The notes: a model not told the origin generated them from the letters alone. Shown: positions 38,474 to 49,340, counted from the first letter of the whole stretch. The stretch: DNA of 63,994 nt, filler included, from Candidatus Zhuqueibacterota bacterium (GCA_016783505.1; 3 parts of 3 records of this genome joined end to end with filler, not necessarily neighbours in it); one strand, 5' to 3'. Made by a program: numbers and translations.

Positions 38474-40600
38474 ATGGAGAGAAAAATGTTATACCGCAAA
38501 GAATTAGAAGTTGCTCAAAGACCCTTAATAGTAGAAACAGGGAAAGTAGCCAAGCAGGCCGACGGGGCCGTCTGGGTTCAGTACGGGGGAACGGTGATCC
38601 TGTCGGCGGTGGTCTCAGGGACAGAGGCCGTTGAAGGACAGGACTTTTTCCCTTTGACGGTGGATTACCGGGAAAAGTCGTATGCCGCCGGTAAAATCCC
38701 AGGAGGATTTTTTAAGCGAGAGGGACGTCCCCGGGACAAGGAAATCCTCAGTGCCCGGCTGATTGACCGACCCATCCGACCCCTGTTTCCCGATAACTAC
38801 ATGTGCCCAACCATGGTCGCTGTCACCGTACTCTCGTCGGACCAGGAGAATGACGCCGATATACTGGGTATTATCGGATCATCGGCAGCCCTCACCATCT
38901 CTGACATCCCATTCGATGGACCTATAGGGGCGGTTCGGTTAGGCAAAATCGGGGGTGAGTATGTAGTTAATCCTACTTTCCAGCAACTGGAAGAGAGCAC
39001 CCTGGACATCATCATCGCCGGTACCGCTGATTCCATCAATATGGTCGAGGGGGAGGCCAAGGAAATCGGGGAAGAGGAGATGTTAAAGGTCCTGAAACTG
39101 GGTCATGAGGAAATCCGACGCCTGGTGGAAATGCAAGTGGCCTTAAGGAATGAATGCGGCCAGCCCAAACGAAGCGTAGTTCAGAAAAGCCGGGACCAGG
39201 AGTTTGAGCAAAAAGTCATTGACCTTACCCTGTCTGGAATCAAGGAAGCAATCCAATTAACTGAAAGGAAGGATAGGAAGGAAAAATTGGATCTTCTGTT
39301 GCAGGAGGCTCAGGAAAAGTTAGCCCCGGATTATCCTGATAGCGAAAAGCTGGTTGAGGAGGTTTTTACTGATCTGCTACACAGTGAATTAAGGCGGTTG
39401 ATTTTAAAGGATGGTCTTCGACCCGATGGCCGGAGGGCTGATGAGATTCGGCCCATAACCTGCGAAGTGGGTGTTTTGCCCCGTACGCATGGGTCGGCCC
39501 TGTTCACCCGGGGACAGACCCAGGCCCTGACGGTGACCACCCTGGGAACCAAGCTGGACGAGCAAAAGATTGATGACCTTGAGGGGAAATCCTGGAAGGC
39601 TTACATGCTTCACTACAATTTTCCCCCGTTTAGCGTTGGTGAAGTGCGGCCCATTCGGGGCCCCGGACGTCGGGAGGTCGGACACGGCTATCTGGCCGAA
39701 AGGGCCTTAGAGCCTATCATCCCCCAAGAGGAATCCTTTCCTTACACCATTCGGGTGGTCTCCGATATTCTGGAATCCAACGGATCCTCCTCTATGGCCA
39801 CCGTCTGCGCCGGGTCGCTGTCCCTGATGGATGCCGGGGTGCCCGTTAAGGCGGCGGTAGCTGGAATCGCTATGGGTCTGGTGAAAGAGGATGACCAAGT
39901 GGCTATTCTGACGGACATCTTAGGGGATGAAGACCACATCGGCGATATGGACTTTAAGGTGGCGGGAACCCGACAGGGAATCACCGCCTTTCAGATGGAC
40001 GTTAAAGTAAAAGGAATCTCAAACGATATTCTAAAGGAGGCCCTGGAAAGGGCGAAGAAGGCCCGGCTATTCGTCCTCGATATGATGGAGCAGACGATCA
40101 GCCACTCCCGACCCCAACTTTCACCCTATGCCCCCCGGATCGTATCCTTCAAAGTGAATCCGGAAAAGATAGGCAGCATCATCGGCCCCGGGGGTAGAAC
40201 CATTCGGGAGATCACCGGCAAGACAGACGTAAACATCGAGATTGATGACGACGGCACCGTTTACATCTGGGGATCCGATGAGGACAACGTCCACAAGGCC
40301 AAGGAGCTCGTCAATTACATGGTCCAGGAGCCCGAAGTGGGTAAAGTGTATGCGGGAAAAGTAATCAAGATTATGGAATTCGGGGCCTTCGTGGAGATCC
40401 TTCCCGGGCAGGAGGGCCTGCTCCATATCTCCCAGATTGACAACCACCGCATCGGTAAGGTGACCGACGTACTCCAGGTGGGGGATGAGGTGAAGGTCAA
40501 GCTCCTGAAGATTGACCGGGACGGAAAGCTGGACCTGTCCCGCAAGGTTCTCTTAAGGGAAGAAGAAAAAAAGTCATCTGGCCGTGAACACCGGTATTAG
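38474..40600 (+). CDS. pnp: Polyribonucleotide nucleotidyltransferase
   Basis: FFPLTVDY, RTHGSALFTRG, ESNGSSSMA, KH and S1 domains. Confidence 0.97.
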   Translation: MERKMLYRKELEVAQRPLIVETGKVAKQADGAVWVQYGGTVILSAVVSGTEAVEGQDFFPLTVDYREKSYAAGKIPGGFFKREGRPRDKEILSARLIDRPIRPLFPDNYMCPTMVAVTVLSSDQENDADILGIIGSSAALTISDIPFDGPIGAVRLGKIGGEYVVNPTFQQLEESTLDIIIAGTADSINMVEGEAKEIGEEEMLKVLKLGHEEIRRLVEMQVALRNECGQPKRSVVQKSRDQEFEQKVIDLTLSGIKEAIQLTERKDRKEKLDLLLQEAQEKLAPDYPDSEKLVEEVFTDLLHSELRRLILKDGLRPDGRRADEIRPITCEVGVLPRTHGSALFTRGQTQALTVTTLGTKLDEQKIDDLEGKSWKAYMLHYNFPPFSVGEVRPIRGPGRREVGHGYLAERALEPIIPQEESFPYTIRVVSDILESNGSSSMATVCAGSLSLMDAGVPVKAAVAGIAMGLVKEDDQVAILTDILGDEDHIGDMDFKVAGTRQGITAFQMDVKVKGISNDILKEALERAKKARLFVLDMMEQTISHSRPQLSPYAPRIVSFKVNPEKIGSIIGPGGRTIREITGKTDVNIEIDDDGTVYIWGSDEDNVHKAKELVNYMVQEPEVGKVYAGKVIKIMEFGAFVEILPGQEGLLHISQIDNHRIGKVTDVLQVGDEVKVKLLKIDRDGKLDLSRKVLLREEEKKSSGREHRY

Positions 40601-40770
40601 AAGACATTGAAATCCTTCATTCGGTTTTGAATATCAAAGTCTCTCGATACATCGGGATAAAATCAAATCCAAAATCCCTGCCAGCAGCAGACAGGCAAAT
40701 ACCAAAAAGAGAATAGTCCACGATCTAAATAACCAAAGTACCAGAGTTTTAGATATGGTAGCACAATCTG

Positions 40771-40793
40771 GTGGCACAGGCTTCCAGCCTGTG
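40771..40793 (+). repeat. REP-like palindrome
   Basis: GTGG + cacaggc-ttcca-gcctgtg, the tetranucleotide-plus-hairpin layout of REP elements. Confidence 0.5.
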
Positions 40794-40875
40794 AAAGAAT
40801 TCAAAATCTACACCAGGAATCTCCCTCATTGGCAATCTCCCGGAAGTGTATATTTTATTACTTTCAGAATATCCA

Positions 40876-42120
40876 ATGGATTCAATTTATACTAAAACAA
40901 TCCTTGATAACGGAATCCGGGTGGTCACCGAACGAATGCCTAATGTGCGATCGGTTTCCATCGGGGTGTGGGTGAATGTGGGAGCACGGAATGAAAAGCG
41001 CAGCAATAACGGCATCTCCCACTTCATCGAACACATGGCCTTCAAGGGGACCGAAACCCGGAGTGCTTATCAGATCGCCAGGGAGATCGAATCGGTAGGG
41101 GGACAGTTGAACGCCTTCACCAGCAGGGAGCAAACCTGTTTTTATGCCCACTTGCTGGATGAGAACCTACCCCAGGCCATTGATGTTCTGGCTGACATCA
41201 CCGCCCATTCGCTGTTTCGGGATGAAGACATCGAAAGGGAAAAAGGGGTGGTTTTGGAAGAGATTCGCAACATGAAGGATACCCCGGACGAGCTGATCTT
41301 CGAATATTTTCTGGAGAATATCTTTCCCCATCATCCCTTGGGCTATCCCATCCTGGGCACGGAGAAAAACGTATCCCGTTTTACCAGGGAAACAGTGGTC
41401 CAATTTATTGAGGAAAACTACACCCTGAACAACGTTGTCATCGCCGCCGCCGGCAATCTGGAGCATAAAGCAGTGGTGGCCTCTATCAATGACAAATTCA
41501 TCTTTGCCAATGACCATCCTCGGCGGGGAAACAGAAAGCCGTTCGCCCCGATGGCCGGGCTGAAGGTATATGAGGACGACATCTCCCAGGCCCACATCTG
41601 TCTCGGTGGACGGGGGCTACCCTACGGAAATCCCCAAAAGTATGCCCTGCTGGTGCTGAATACAATCCTGGGCGGGGGGATGAGTTCCAGGCTTTTCCAA
41701 ACTATCCGGGAAAAGTTAGGACTGGCCTACTCCATCTATTCTTTCCTCGACTTGATGGCCGATACCGGGCTTTTCGGGGTCTATCTGGCCACTAACCCCA
41801 ATCAGATCGAAAAATGCATTGATCTCGTCCGGCGAGAGCTATGGAAACTGAAAAAACAACCGGTTGGTAAAAAAGAGCTCCAACAGACCAAAAACCAACT
41901 CAAGGGAAACCTTATGCTGGGGCTTGAGAAGACCTCCAGCCGCATGAACCGCATAGCCAAGATGGAGATTTATCAGGGGGAATTTGAGACCCTGGATGGG
42001 GTATTGGACAACATCAACCGGGTGTCTCCGGAACACATAATGGAGATCGCCCGAATACTGTTCGATGAAGTGAAGTTATATACGACCATATTAAAATCAA
42101 ACAGGAGGAGCCATTCATGA
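40876..42120 (+). CDS. M16 family zinc peptidase
   Basis: HFIEH inverted zincin motif, NAFTS, SSRLFQTIRE. Confidence 0.93.
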   Translation: MDSIYTKTILDNGIRVVTERMPNVRSVSIGVWVNVGARNEKRSNNGISHFIEHMAFKGTETRSAYQIAREIESVGGQLNAFTSREQTCFYAHLLDENLPQAIDVLADITAHSLFRDEDIEREKGVVLEEIRNMKDTPDELIFEYFLENIFPHHPLGYPILGTEKNVSRFTRETVVQFIEENYTLNNVVIAAAGNLEHKAVVASINDKFIFANDHPRRGNRKPFAPMAGLKVYEDDISQAHICLGGRGLPYGNPQKYALLVLNTILGGGMSSRLFQTIREKLGLAYSIYSFLDLMADTGLFGVYLATNPNQIEKCIDLVRRELWKLKKQPVGKKELQQTKNQLKGNLMLGLEKTSSRMNRIAKMEIYQGEFETLDGVLDNINRVSPEHIMEIARILFDEVKLYTTILKSNRRSHS

Positions 42121-43235
42121 TTGTCGGTGTGCCCAAAGAAATCAAGGAGGATGAAAACCGGGTAGCATTACTGCCGGTAGGGTCGGAATTGTTAAAGCGT
42201 AACGGCCACCGGGTGCTGGTGGAGGATGGGGCCGGTGAGGGGAGCGGTTTTGCCAACGATGATTACCAGGCGGCAGGGGCCGATGTTCTCGGTTCGGCCC
42301 GGGAGGTGTTTTCAGGGTCAGATATGATCATCAAAGTAAAGGAGCCCCTTCCCGGTGAATATGGACTGCTGAAGGAAGATCAGATCCTTTTCACCTACTT
42401 TCATTTTGCCTCTTCCGAGTCATTGACCAGGGCCATGATGGAGGCCGGGATCATCGCTATTGCCTACGAGACGGTCCAGAAGGCCAATGGAGAACTGCCC
42501 CTGCTAATTCCCATGAGCGAGGTGGCCGGACGGATGGCTGTCCAGGAGGGTGCCAAATATCTGGAAAAACTAATGGGGGGTCGGGGCATTCTTCTTGGTG
42601 GTGTTCCCGGGGTGGAACCGGCGACAGTAGTAATTATCGGCGGGGGGGTGGTGGGAACCAACGCCGCCAAGATGGCGGCCGGGCTTGGGGCCAGGGTCAT
42701 CATCATGGACATTAATTTAGAACGCCTCCGCTATCTGGATGATATTATGCCTAAAAACGTCATCACCATGGCTTCTGATCCTGGAGCCTTAAGGCACTGG
42801 CTGCCCCATACCGATCTTTTAGTGGGAGCCGTGCTCATCCCGGGGGCCAAGGCGCCCAAGCTGGTAACCCGGGATATGGTCAGGCTGATGAAAGCAGGGT
42901 CGGTGATCGTGGATGTGGCCATTGATCAGGGGGGATGTATTGAAACCTGCGATCGACCTACCACCCACAAGGATCCTATCTACGTGGTGGATGGGGTGAT
43001 CCACTACACCGTTGCCAACATGCCGGGAGCCGTGCCCTTCACCTCGACCATCGCCCTCACCAATGCCACCCTGCCTTATGCCATAGAAATAGCCAATCGG
43101 GATTATGTCAATGCTATTAAGGAAAATGCTGAAATCCGGAAAGGGGTGAACATTATTCACGGTAAGGTCACCCATCGAGGGGTGGCCGAAGCCTTCGGTC
43201 TGGATTATACCCCCATCGAAGAGGTTATCACTTAA
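42117..43235 (+). CDS. ald: Alanine dehydrogenase
   Basis: VPKEIK, KVKEP, PMSEVAG, GGGVVG, DVAIDQGG, VANMPGAV. Confidence 0.96.
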   Translation: MIVGVPKEIKEDENRVALLPVGSELLKRNGHRVLVEDGAGEGSGFANDDYQAAGADVLGSAREVFSGSDMIIKVKEPLPGEYGLLKEDQILFTYFHFASSESLTRAMMEAGIIAIAYETVQKANGELPLLIPMSEVAGRMAVQEGAKYLEKLMGGRGILLGGVPGVEPATVVIIGGGVVGTNAAKMAAGLGARVIIMDINLERLRYLDDIMPKNVITMASDPGALRHWLPHTDLLVGAVLIPGAKAPKLVTRDMVRLMKAGSVIVDVAIDQGGCIETCDRPTTHKDPIYVVDGVIHYTVANMPGAVPFTSTIALTNATLPYAIEIANRDYVNAIKENAEIRKGVNIIHGKVTHRGVAEAFGLDYTPIEEVIT

Positions 43236-43823
43236 TACCGTTTACATTTTCCTATTAGAAGTTTTGCCAAATTTATGTTGTTTCTCTTCTCGTCGGGTTG
43301 CCTGTCCGGTACGCCGTGCCCGGTCCCCCTGGCCACAGCCCAACGGGCAGGCAAGATCGCTTTGCGACTAGGGTAGGAGGCTACGCTCCCAGGGGGGCGA
43401 AGCTTCACTAGCATAGAGCCATCTAGTAATGATGGCTCTTTCGTTACCGTAGGCAAAGCCGGTCCCCAACACATCAATACAGGGGATTTTTCTATCAGGG
43501 ATCGGCTGGTCGCCCATCGGGAGGTAATCAAATTTCAGTGGAGGGAAACCCATTATTTTCCGGGAGAATTGACCGGTGAATCCCTACCCGCTTATGGAAG
43601 GGAAATATGAAGCTGTAAAAAATTTCCGGGAAAGAAAATCATATTGTACGGTACAAGGGAATAGACGAATTTATTGAAAATAAAGAAGGTAAAATCGGCA
43701 AGTAAATAGAAGATAATAAAAAATGGTCAACTGTTTGATGGAAAAAACCCCTTTAGCTGACCACATTACTCACCGAGCGGACTTCCCAAAAGCCCACCCG
43801 AAAAAGCCTAGCAACCCGTGTTG

Positions 43824-43907
43824 TGCCGGGGGCGGGACTCGAACCCGCATGCCCTGACGGGCGGGGGATTTTGAGTCCCCTGCGTCTACCTGTTTCACCA
43901 CCCCGGC
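43824..43907 (-). tRNA. tRNA-Leu (CAA)
   Basis: Reverse complement GCCGGGGTGGTGAAACAGGTAGAC...GACTCAAAATC..., long variable arm, GGTTCGAGTCC. Confidence 0.93.
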
Positions 43908-43973
43908 TTTTCATTAATATAATAAATTAAATCTCAAAATTCAATAAAAATTGTGAGAAATTAAAAATTTTAA

Positions 43974-44002
43974 TTGCTTTTAAGTTAAAAAATTGTTATA
44001 AT
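43974..44002 (+). promoter_or_regulatory. Sigma70-type promoter for the acyl-CoA ligase
   Basis: TTGCTT-17-TATAAT with an extended TG; GGAGG ribosome-binding site before ATG 44042. Confidence 0.6.
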
Positions 44003-44041
44003 AATATGTCATTTTTAAGTATAATCTAAAGGGAGGAAAAA

Positions 44042-45835
44042 ATGTCAGCAGAAACCATCAATGGGATGTTTGCAGAGACCTGCGGGAAGTTTTCCGACAG
44101 AACGTCGTTGATGAGCAAAAGAGAGGGAAAATACGAGGGAATTACCTATGGTGAGCTATACCAGAGGGTCAAGGACTTTGCCTTGGGGTTGACCTCCATG
44201 GGCGTGGGCAAGGGGGACCGGGTGGCTATCCTGTCCAATAACCGGGAGGAATGGGCGGTGGGCGACCTGGCTATCCTTTCCCTGGGGGCCACCGATACCC
44301 CGGTTTATCCCACCTTGCTTCCCAAGCAGATCGAATTTATCCTCAAGGACTGCGGCGCCAAGATGGTGCTGGTGGAGGACGAAGGGCAGTTGGCCAAAAT
44401 TGATGAAATTCATAAAAATCTTCCCAAACTGGACACGGTTATCATCTTCGGCCAAAAGCCCCCCGGTGCCAAAGAGCACTTGTATTCCTATGGTGAAGTG
44501 ATGGAGAAGGGGAAGGAATACGGAGAGGGTCGGGAAGGCTTCTTTGAGGGTGCCGCTAAGTCGGTGAAGGGGGATGATCAGGCCACTATTATCTACACCT
44601 CAGGCACCACCGGCCTGCCTAAAGGGACGATACTTACCCATCACAATTTCATGTCTAACGTCTGGGCGGCCAAGGAGGCTATCCCCGTAGACGAGAACGA
44701 CGTGCTCCTATCCTTTCTGCCCCTAAGCCACGTCTTCGAGCGCATGGCCGGTTACTACATCGCCCTGGCCAGTGGGGCGGCCATTGCCTACGCCGAGAGC
44801 ATTGATACGGTGGGGGATAACATGGTAGAGGTCAAACCTACCCTGATGGTCTCCGTGCCCCGGCTTTACGAAAAGATCTACGGCAGGATTATTGACGCCG
44901 TGGAATCGGGGTCATCCCTGAAGAAAAAAATCTTCTACTGGGGGTTGAAAGTGGGGGAGGAGGCAGGGGAAAAGACCCAGGCCGGTCAGGAACTGAGGGG
45001 CATGCTAAAATTTAAACGGGGGATCGCAGACAAACTGGTCTTCAGCAAACTCCGGGCTAGAACAGGGGGCGGGCTTCGCTTCTTTGTTTCCGGAGGAGCC
45101 CCCCTGTCCAAAGAGATCGGGGAATTTTTCTATTCAGCCGGAATACTGATACTGGAAGGTTACGGCCTGACCGAGACCTCGCCGGTAATTACAGTAAACC
45201 GATTGGACGACTTCAAGTTCGGCACCGTCGGCAAGGTCGTTCAAGGGGTGGAGGTAAAAATTGCTGAGGATGGGGAGATCCTCACCCGGGGTCCCCATAT
45301 CATGAAGGGATATTTTAACAATCCCGAGGCCACCGCCGAGGCGATTGATAAGGAGGACTGGTTCCATACCGGGGACATCGGGCTTTTTGATCATGACGGC
45401 TTTTTGCGTATTACCGACCGCAAGAAGAATCTCATCGTTACTTCAGGGGGTAAGAATATCGCCCCCGGGCCTATCGAAAACCTGCTTATTACCTCCCGTT
45501 ACATCGAACAGGTGATGCTCATCGGGGACCGACGGAATTTTCTTTCGGCCCTCATAGTTCCCGGTTTCGAAAACCTGGAACAATACGCCGGAGAACAAGG
45601 AATTTCTTATACCGATAGGCACGACCTGATCAAGAAGGCCGAAATCTATAGGCTCGTCGAAGGAGAAATCGAACGGCTCTCAGGGGAGCTGGCCCCCTTT
45701 GAAAGGGTAAAGAAATTTATACTACTGCCCCAGGAATTTAGCATTGAAGGGGGAGAACTGACCCCGACCCTGAAGATACGCAAATCCGTAGTTATGGAGA
45801 AATTCCTCGAGCAGGTTGAAACGATGTATCGCTGA
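44042..45835 (+). CDS. fadD: Long-chain fatty-acid--CoA ligase
   Basis: YTSGTTGLPKG, LPLSHVFER, EGYGLTE, FHTGDIG, ELTPTLK. Confidence 0.9.
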   Translation: MSAETINGMFAETCGKFSDRTSLMSKREGKYEGITYGELYQRVKDFALGLTSMGVGKGDRVAILSNNREEWAVGDLAILSLGATDTPVYPTLLPKQIEFILKDCGAKMVLVEDEGQLAKIDEIHKNLPKLDTVIIFGQKPPGAKEHLYSYGEVMEKGKEYGEGREGFFEGAAKSVKGDDQATIIYTSGTTGLPKGTILTHHNFMSNVWAAKEAIPVDENDVLLSFLPLSHVFERMAGYYIALASGAAIAYAESIDTVGDNMVEVKPTLMVSVPRLYEKIYGRIIDAVESGSSLKKKIFYWGLKVGEEAGEKTQAGQELRGMLKFKRGIADKLVFSKLRARTGGGLRFFVSGGAPLSKEIGEFFYSAGILILEGYGLTETSPVITVNRLDDFKFGTVGKVVQGVEVKIAEDGEILTRGPHIMKGYFNNPEATAEAIDKEDWFHTGDIGLFDHDGFLRITDRKKNLIVTSGGKNIAPGPIENLLITSRYIEQVMLIGDRRNFLSALIVPGFENLEQYAGEQGISYTDRHDLIKKAEIYRLVEGEIERLSGELAPFERVKKFILLPQEFSIEGGELTPTLKIRKSVVMEKFLEQVETMYR

Positions 45836-45845
45836 GGATTAAAGA

Positions 45846-46382
45846 ATGGGAAAGATTTCAGACCCTCAGCCGGCTAAACTTTTTACAGCTATTACATATA
45901 ATGATACGGGATTATTAGATAGACTTAAACATATACTTGAAAGACATTTTGGTACTTCTGATTACCAATCCCCCTCCTATCCCTTTAAGCACACCGATTA
46001 TTATCGAAAGGAGATGGGGGGTGGATTGGAGAAGTACTTCATCAGTTTTGAGCCCCTTGTTGATCCCGGTAGGCTGGCTGAAATTAAACTCACTACCAAC
46101 GAAATAGAGGGGGATTTTTCAGGGAAGGGGAAGCGAAGGGTAAACCTCGATCCTGGGTTTCTGGAGATGTCCAAAGTCGTCATGGCCACAACCAAAAATT
46201 TCGGCCATCGAATCTATCTGGGTCGGGGAGTCTATGGGGATTTGCATTTACGGTATCTGGGGGGGAAATTTAATCCCATGGCCTGGACCTATCCCGACTA
46301 CCGGGAAAAGATCGCCCTATCATTTTTCAGCGAAATTCGAAGGATCTATCTGGAGCAACTGAAGGGTCTATCTAAAAAATAA
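45846..46382 (+). CDS. DUF4416 family protein
   Basis: TDYYRKEMG, RRVNLDPG, ATTKNFGHRIYL, WTYPDY. Confidence 0.8.
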   Translation: MGKISDPQPAKLFTAITYNDTGLLDRLKHILERHFGTSDYQSPSYPFKHTDYYRKEMGGGLEKYFISFEPLVDPGRLAEIKLTTNEIEGDFSGKGKRRVNLDPGFLEMSKVVMATTKNFGHRIYLGRGVYGDLHLRYLGGKFNPMAWTYPDYREKIALSFFSEIRRIYLEQLKGLSKK

Positions 46383-46540
46383 ACCCGGGAAAAAGCCTGA
46401 TCTGTTAACCTTTTTCCAAGGATACGGAGTATTGGAGTACTGGAATGTTGGAGTGTTGAAATGTTGTACCCATTATTCCATTGTCGTACCGACATTATTC
46501 GTTAAGAACTTCTTTTGAGCTGTTATCTTCATCGTTTATT

Positions 46541-46742
46541 ATGACCAAGATTACCTATAAAGATGTGGGGGTGGACATTCAGGCCGGGGAGGAGGCGGTA
46601 AGGTCTATCCGGAAAAAAGTCAGATCCACCTTTAATGGCCAGGTTTTAACCGACCTCGGCACCTTCGGCGCCCTCTTCCAGCCCAACTTGGAGGGTTACA
46701 GGGAACCGGTTCTGGTCGCCAGTGTGGACGGGGTGGGGACGA
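46541..46742 (+). CDS. purM: Phosphoribosylaminoimidazole synthetase (N-terminal part, cut by the gap)
   Basis: TYKDVGVDI, LGTFGALF, PVLVASVDGVGT. Confidence 0.9.
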
Positions 46743-46842
46743 NNNNNNNNNNNNNNNNNNNNNNNNNNNNNNNNNNNNNNNNNNNNTTAATTAATTAANN
46801 NNNNNNNNNNNNNNNNNNNNNNNNNNNNNNNNNNNNNNNNNN
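46743..46842. other. Artificial contig linker
   Basis: N-run with a central TTAATTAATTAA. Confidence 0.97.
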
Positions 46843-46843
46843 C

Positions 46844-48556
46844 CGGATTCCGGATTCCGGGGGGGATGTTATCTCGGCGGCCTGTGAATTGCTGAAGCAG
46901 GGGAGAATCCTCGCCGTCAAGGGGTTGGGGGGTTTTCATCTGGCCTGTGATGCATTGAACGAAGATGCGGTTCAGAGGTTGCGGTCAAGGAAATTCCGGG
47001 AGGATAAGCCCTTCGCCCTGATGATGAAGGATATAAATACTATTAAAAAGCTCTGCTATGTTAATCATGTGGAAGAGGAATTACTGAACTCTGTTAACCG
47101 CCCCATTGTTCTTCTAAAGAGACGCAAAGAATGTCCAGTGGCTGAAGCAGTGGCACCGGAATATCCCAATTTAGGGGTGATGCTTCCCTATTCCCCCCTT
47201 CACCACCTGTTGCTCAAAGAGTCAGGTTTGGTTTTGGTGATGACCTCGGGGAATATCAGTGATGAGCCCATCGCCTATCAGAACGATGAGGCCAAGGATA
47301 GGTTAAAGGACATTGCCGACTATTTTTTGATCCATGACCGGGACATTCACATCCGCAGCGACGATTCGGTAATCCGGGTGGTGAATGGGAGGGAGATGAT
47401 CCTCAGGCGATCGCGGGGCTATGTTCCCGAGCCCATCAGATTGCACTTTCGTTTCCAAAAACCCGTTCTGGCCTGCGGACCGGAGTTGAAAAATACCTTT
47501 TGCCTGGCCCGGGAGGATCTGGCTCTTGTTGGTCATCATATAGGAGATCTGGAAAATTTGGAGACCCTGAAATCGTTTGAGGAGGGCATCAACCATTTTC
47601 AGAAGATTTTCTATACCAAACCCCAAGTTATCGCCTATGATCTGCATCCCAATTATTTGAGTACCAAGTATGCCCTCGATCTTGCTTCTCGCCACCCGCA
47701 ACTGATAACCATCGGCGTCCAGCACCACCACGCCCATATCGTTAGTTGTATGGCTGAGAACGGTGTCCAGGAAAGAGTCATCGGCATCGCCTTAGATGGA
47801 ACCGGATACGGCCCCGATGGGACGGTCTGGGGGGGTGAGATTTTGCTCGCAGATCTTAAGTCCTACGTGAGGGTAGGCCATTTCGATTACGTCCCCATGC
47901 CCGGGGGGGAAAGGGCCATCAAAGAGCCCTGGCGGATGGCGGTAAGCTATCTTTATCAAATATTCGGCAGGGATTTTATGGATTTAGACATTCCTTTCAA
48001 TCATCATCTTGACAGAAGAAAATTAAATGTTATCCTTAAGATGATCGAAAGCGAGGTGAACTGTCCCCTTACCTCCTCCTGCGGCAGGCTATTCGACGGG
48101 GTCGCCTCTTTGATCGGGCTTCGGAATGAGGTACATTACGAAGGGCAGGCGGCGGTGGAATTGGAGAACGTGATTAGTGATTCGGGATCCGTGATTCGTG
48201 ATCCCTATTCTTTTAAGATTGATAAGTCAGCCAGGAAACTCATTATCTTAACGGGACCGATTATCAAACAGGTAGTGCAGGATTTGCAAAAAGGTTCTGG
48301 GATAGGGATAATCAGTCAGAAATTCCATGATGTTTTAGTCCGGATTTTTGAAGAGGTCGCCGAAGAACTTCGGCTAAGGACCCGGATTGACAAAATTGCT
48401 CTAAGCGGTGGATGCTTTCAGAATATTTATTTGTTGACCCATTTAAAGGAAAAGTTAGAAGGGTCGGGTTTTACCGTCTATACCCATTCTAAGGTGCCCC
48501 CCAATGACGGAGGTATCTCATTGGGGCAGGCGGTTGTGGCTAATTTCAATCCCTAA
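46844..48556 (+). CDS. hypF: Carbamoyltransferase HypF (5' part missing at the gap)
   Basis: KGLGGFHL, MLPYSPLH, RRSRGY, QHHHAH, DGTGYG, PPNDGGISLGQ. Confidence 0.95.
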   Translation, partial: RIPDSGGDVISAACELLKQGRILAVKGLGGFHLACDALNEDAVQRLRSRKFREDKPFALMMKDINTIKKLCYVNHVEEELLNSVNRPIVLLKRRKECPVAEAVAPEYPNLGVMLPYSPLHHLLLKESGLVLVMTSGNISDEPIAYQNDEAKDRLKDIADYFLIHDRDIHIRSDDSVIRVVNGREMILRRSRGYVPEPIRLHFRFQKPVLACGPELKNTFCLAREDLALVGHHIGDLENLETLKSFEEGINHFQKIFYTKPQVIAYDLHPNYLSTKYALDLASRHPQLITIGVQHHHAHIVSCMAENGVQERVIGIALDGTGYGPDGTVWGGEILLADLKSYVRVGHFDYVPMPGGERAIKEPWRMAVSYLYQIFGRDFMDLDIPFNHHLDRRKLNVILKMIESEVNCPLTSSCGRLFDGVASLIGLRNEVHYEGQAAVELENVISDSGSVIRDPYSFKIDKSARKLIILTGPIIKQVVQDLQKGSGIGIISQKFHDVLVRIFEEVAEELRLRTRIDKIALSGGCFQNIYLLTHLKEKLEGSGFTVYTHSKVPPNDGGISLGQAVVANFNP

Positions 48557-48773
48557 TGCAAAAGACATTAAAACACACTTGAAAAGTTAATCTTTTAGGA
48601 TTTTAAAAGGCTAACGCCTTAACTCCAAGATTTTTTGGGCTAAATCGAGTAGAAGTAAAAAGGAAGGTTCGAGTATTACCTCTCAAGAATTGATCCTGTG
48701 TCATCCTGTTTATCCTGTCTACTAAGATTTCTTAATTATGTGGACGGTTAGTTTTAAAAAGATGGAGAGGTAG

Positions 48774-49001
48774 ATGTGCTTAGCGGTGCCAATGAAGGTG
48801 ATCAAGATTGATGGGCAGGATGGACTGGTGGAGATAGGGGGGGTTAGGGGGGGTGTAAACCTTCAATTGGTGGAAAATATAAAAGTAGGGGATTATGTAA
48901 TCGTCCACGCCGGGTTTGCCATCGAAAAGCTGGATGAGGAAGAGGCGCAAAAGACAATCGCTATGTTTAAAGAAATGGAAAGGATGGCGTCCCGGTGCTA
49001 A
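48774..49001 (+). CDS. hypC: Hydrogenase maturation chaperone HypC
   Basis: MCLAVP, VGDYVIVHAGFA. Confidence 0.97.
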   Translation: MCLAVPMKVIKIDGQDGLVEIGGVRGGVNLQLVENIKVGDYVIVHAGFAIEKLDEEEAQKTIAMFKEMERMASRC

Positions 49002-49237
49002 GTGTGAAGTTCGAAGTTTGAAGTTTGAAGTGAGAAATCGGAAGCTTGAAATTGGTGAGTGATAATTGCTGATTGTTGATTGATAATTGCTGCACTAGCC
49101 GTAGTGATCCATGTTTTCGTGATTTCAATTCCTGAACCCCTGGGCCTGGCTAGGGACATGCCCCTGATCTAATCAGGGGCAGGCTCTGTCAGGAACAGGT
49201 TTTAAACTTCGCACTCCGAACTCCGCACCTCGCACTT
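49000..49237. repeat. Inverted 7-mer tandem arrays enclosing nested palindromes
   Basis: gaagttc/gaagttt/gaagtga left arm; cgcactc/cgaactc/cgcactt right arm; gcccctgatctaatcaggggc inside. Confidence 0.7.
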
Positions 49238-49340
49238 GCTCGGTGAGGACACCTTTGCCCTAGTTACCTAATCAGGCCCAGGCCTCTTAACAATTTACAA
49301 TAATTATTTGTATCTATACTATTACAATGATTATAAAACC

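Noticed and set aside
46743-46842. purM-hypF adjacency and the apparent truncation of both genes
   Set aside because: Caused by the same artificial linker, so they are not called pseudogenes.
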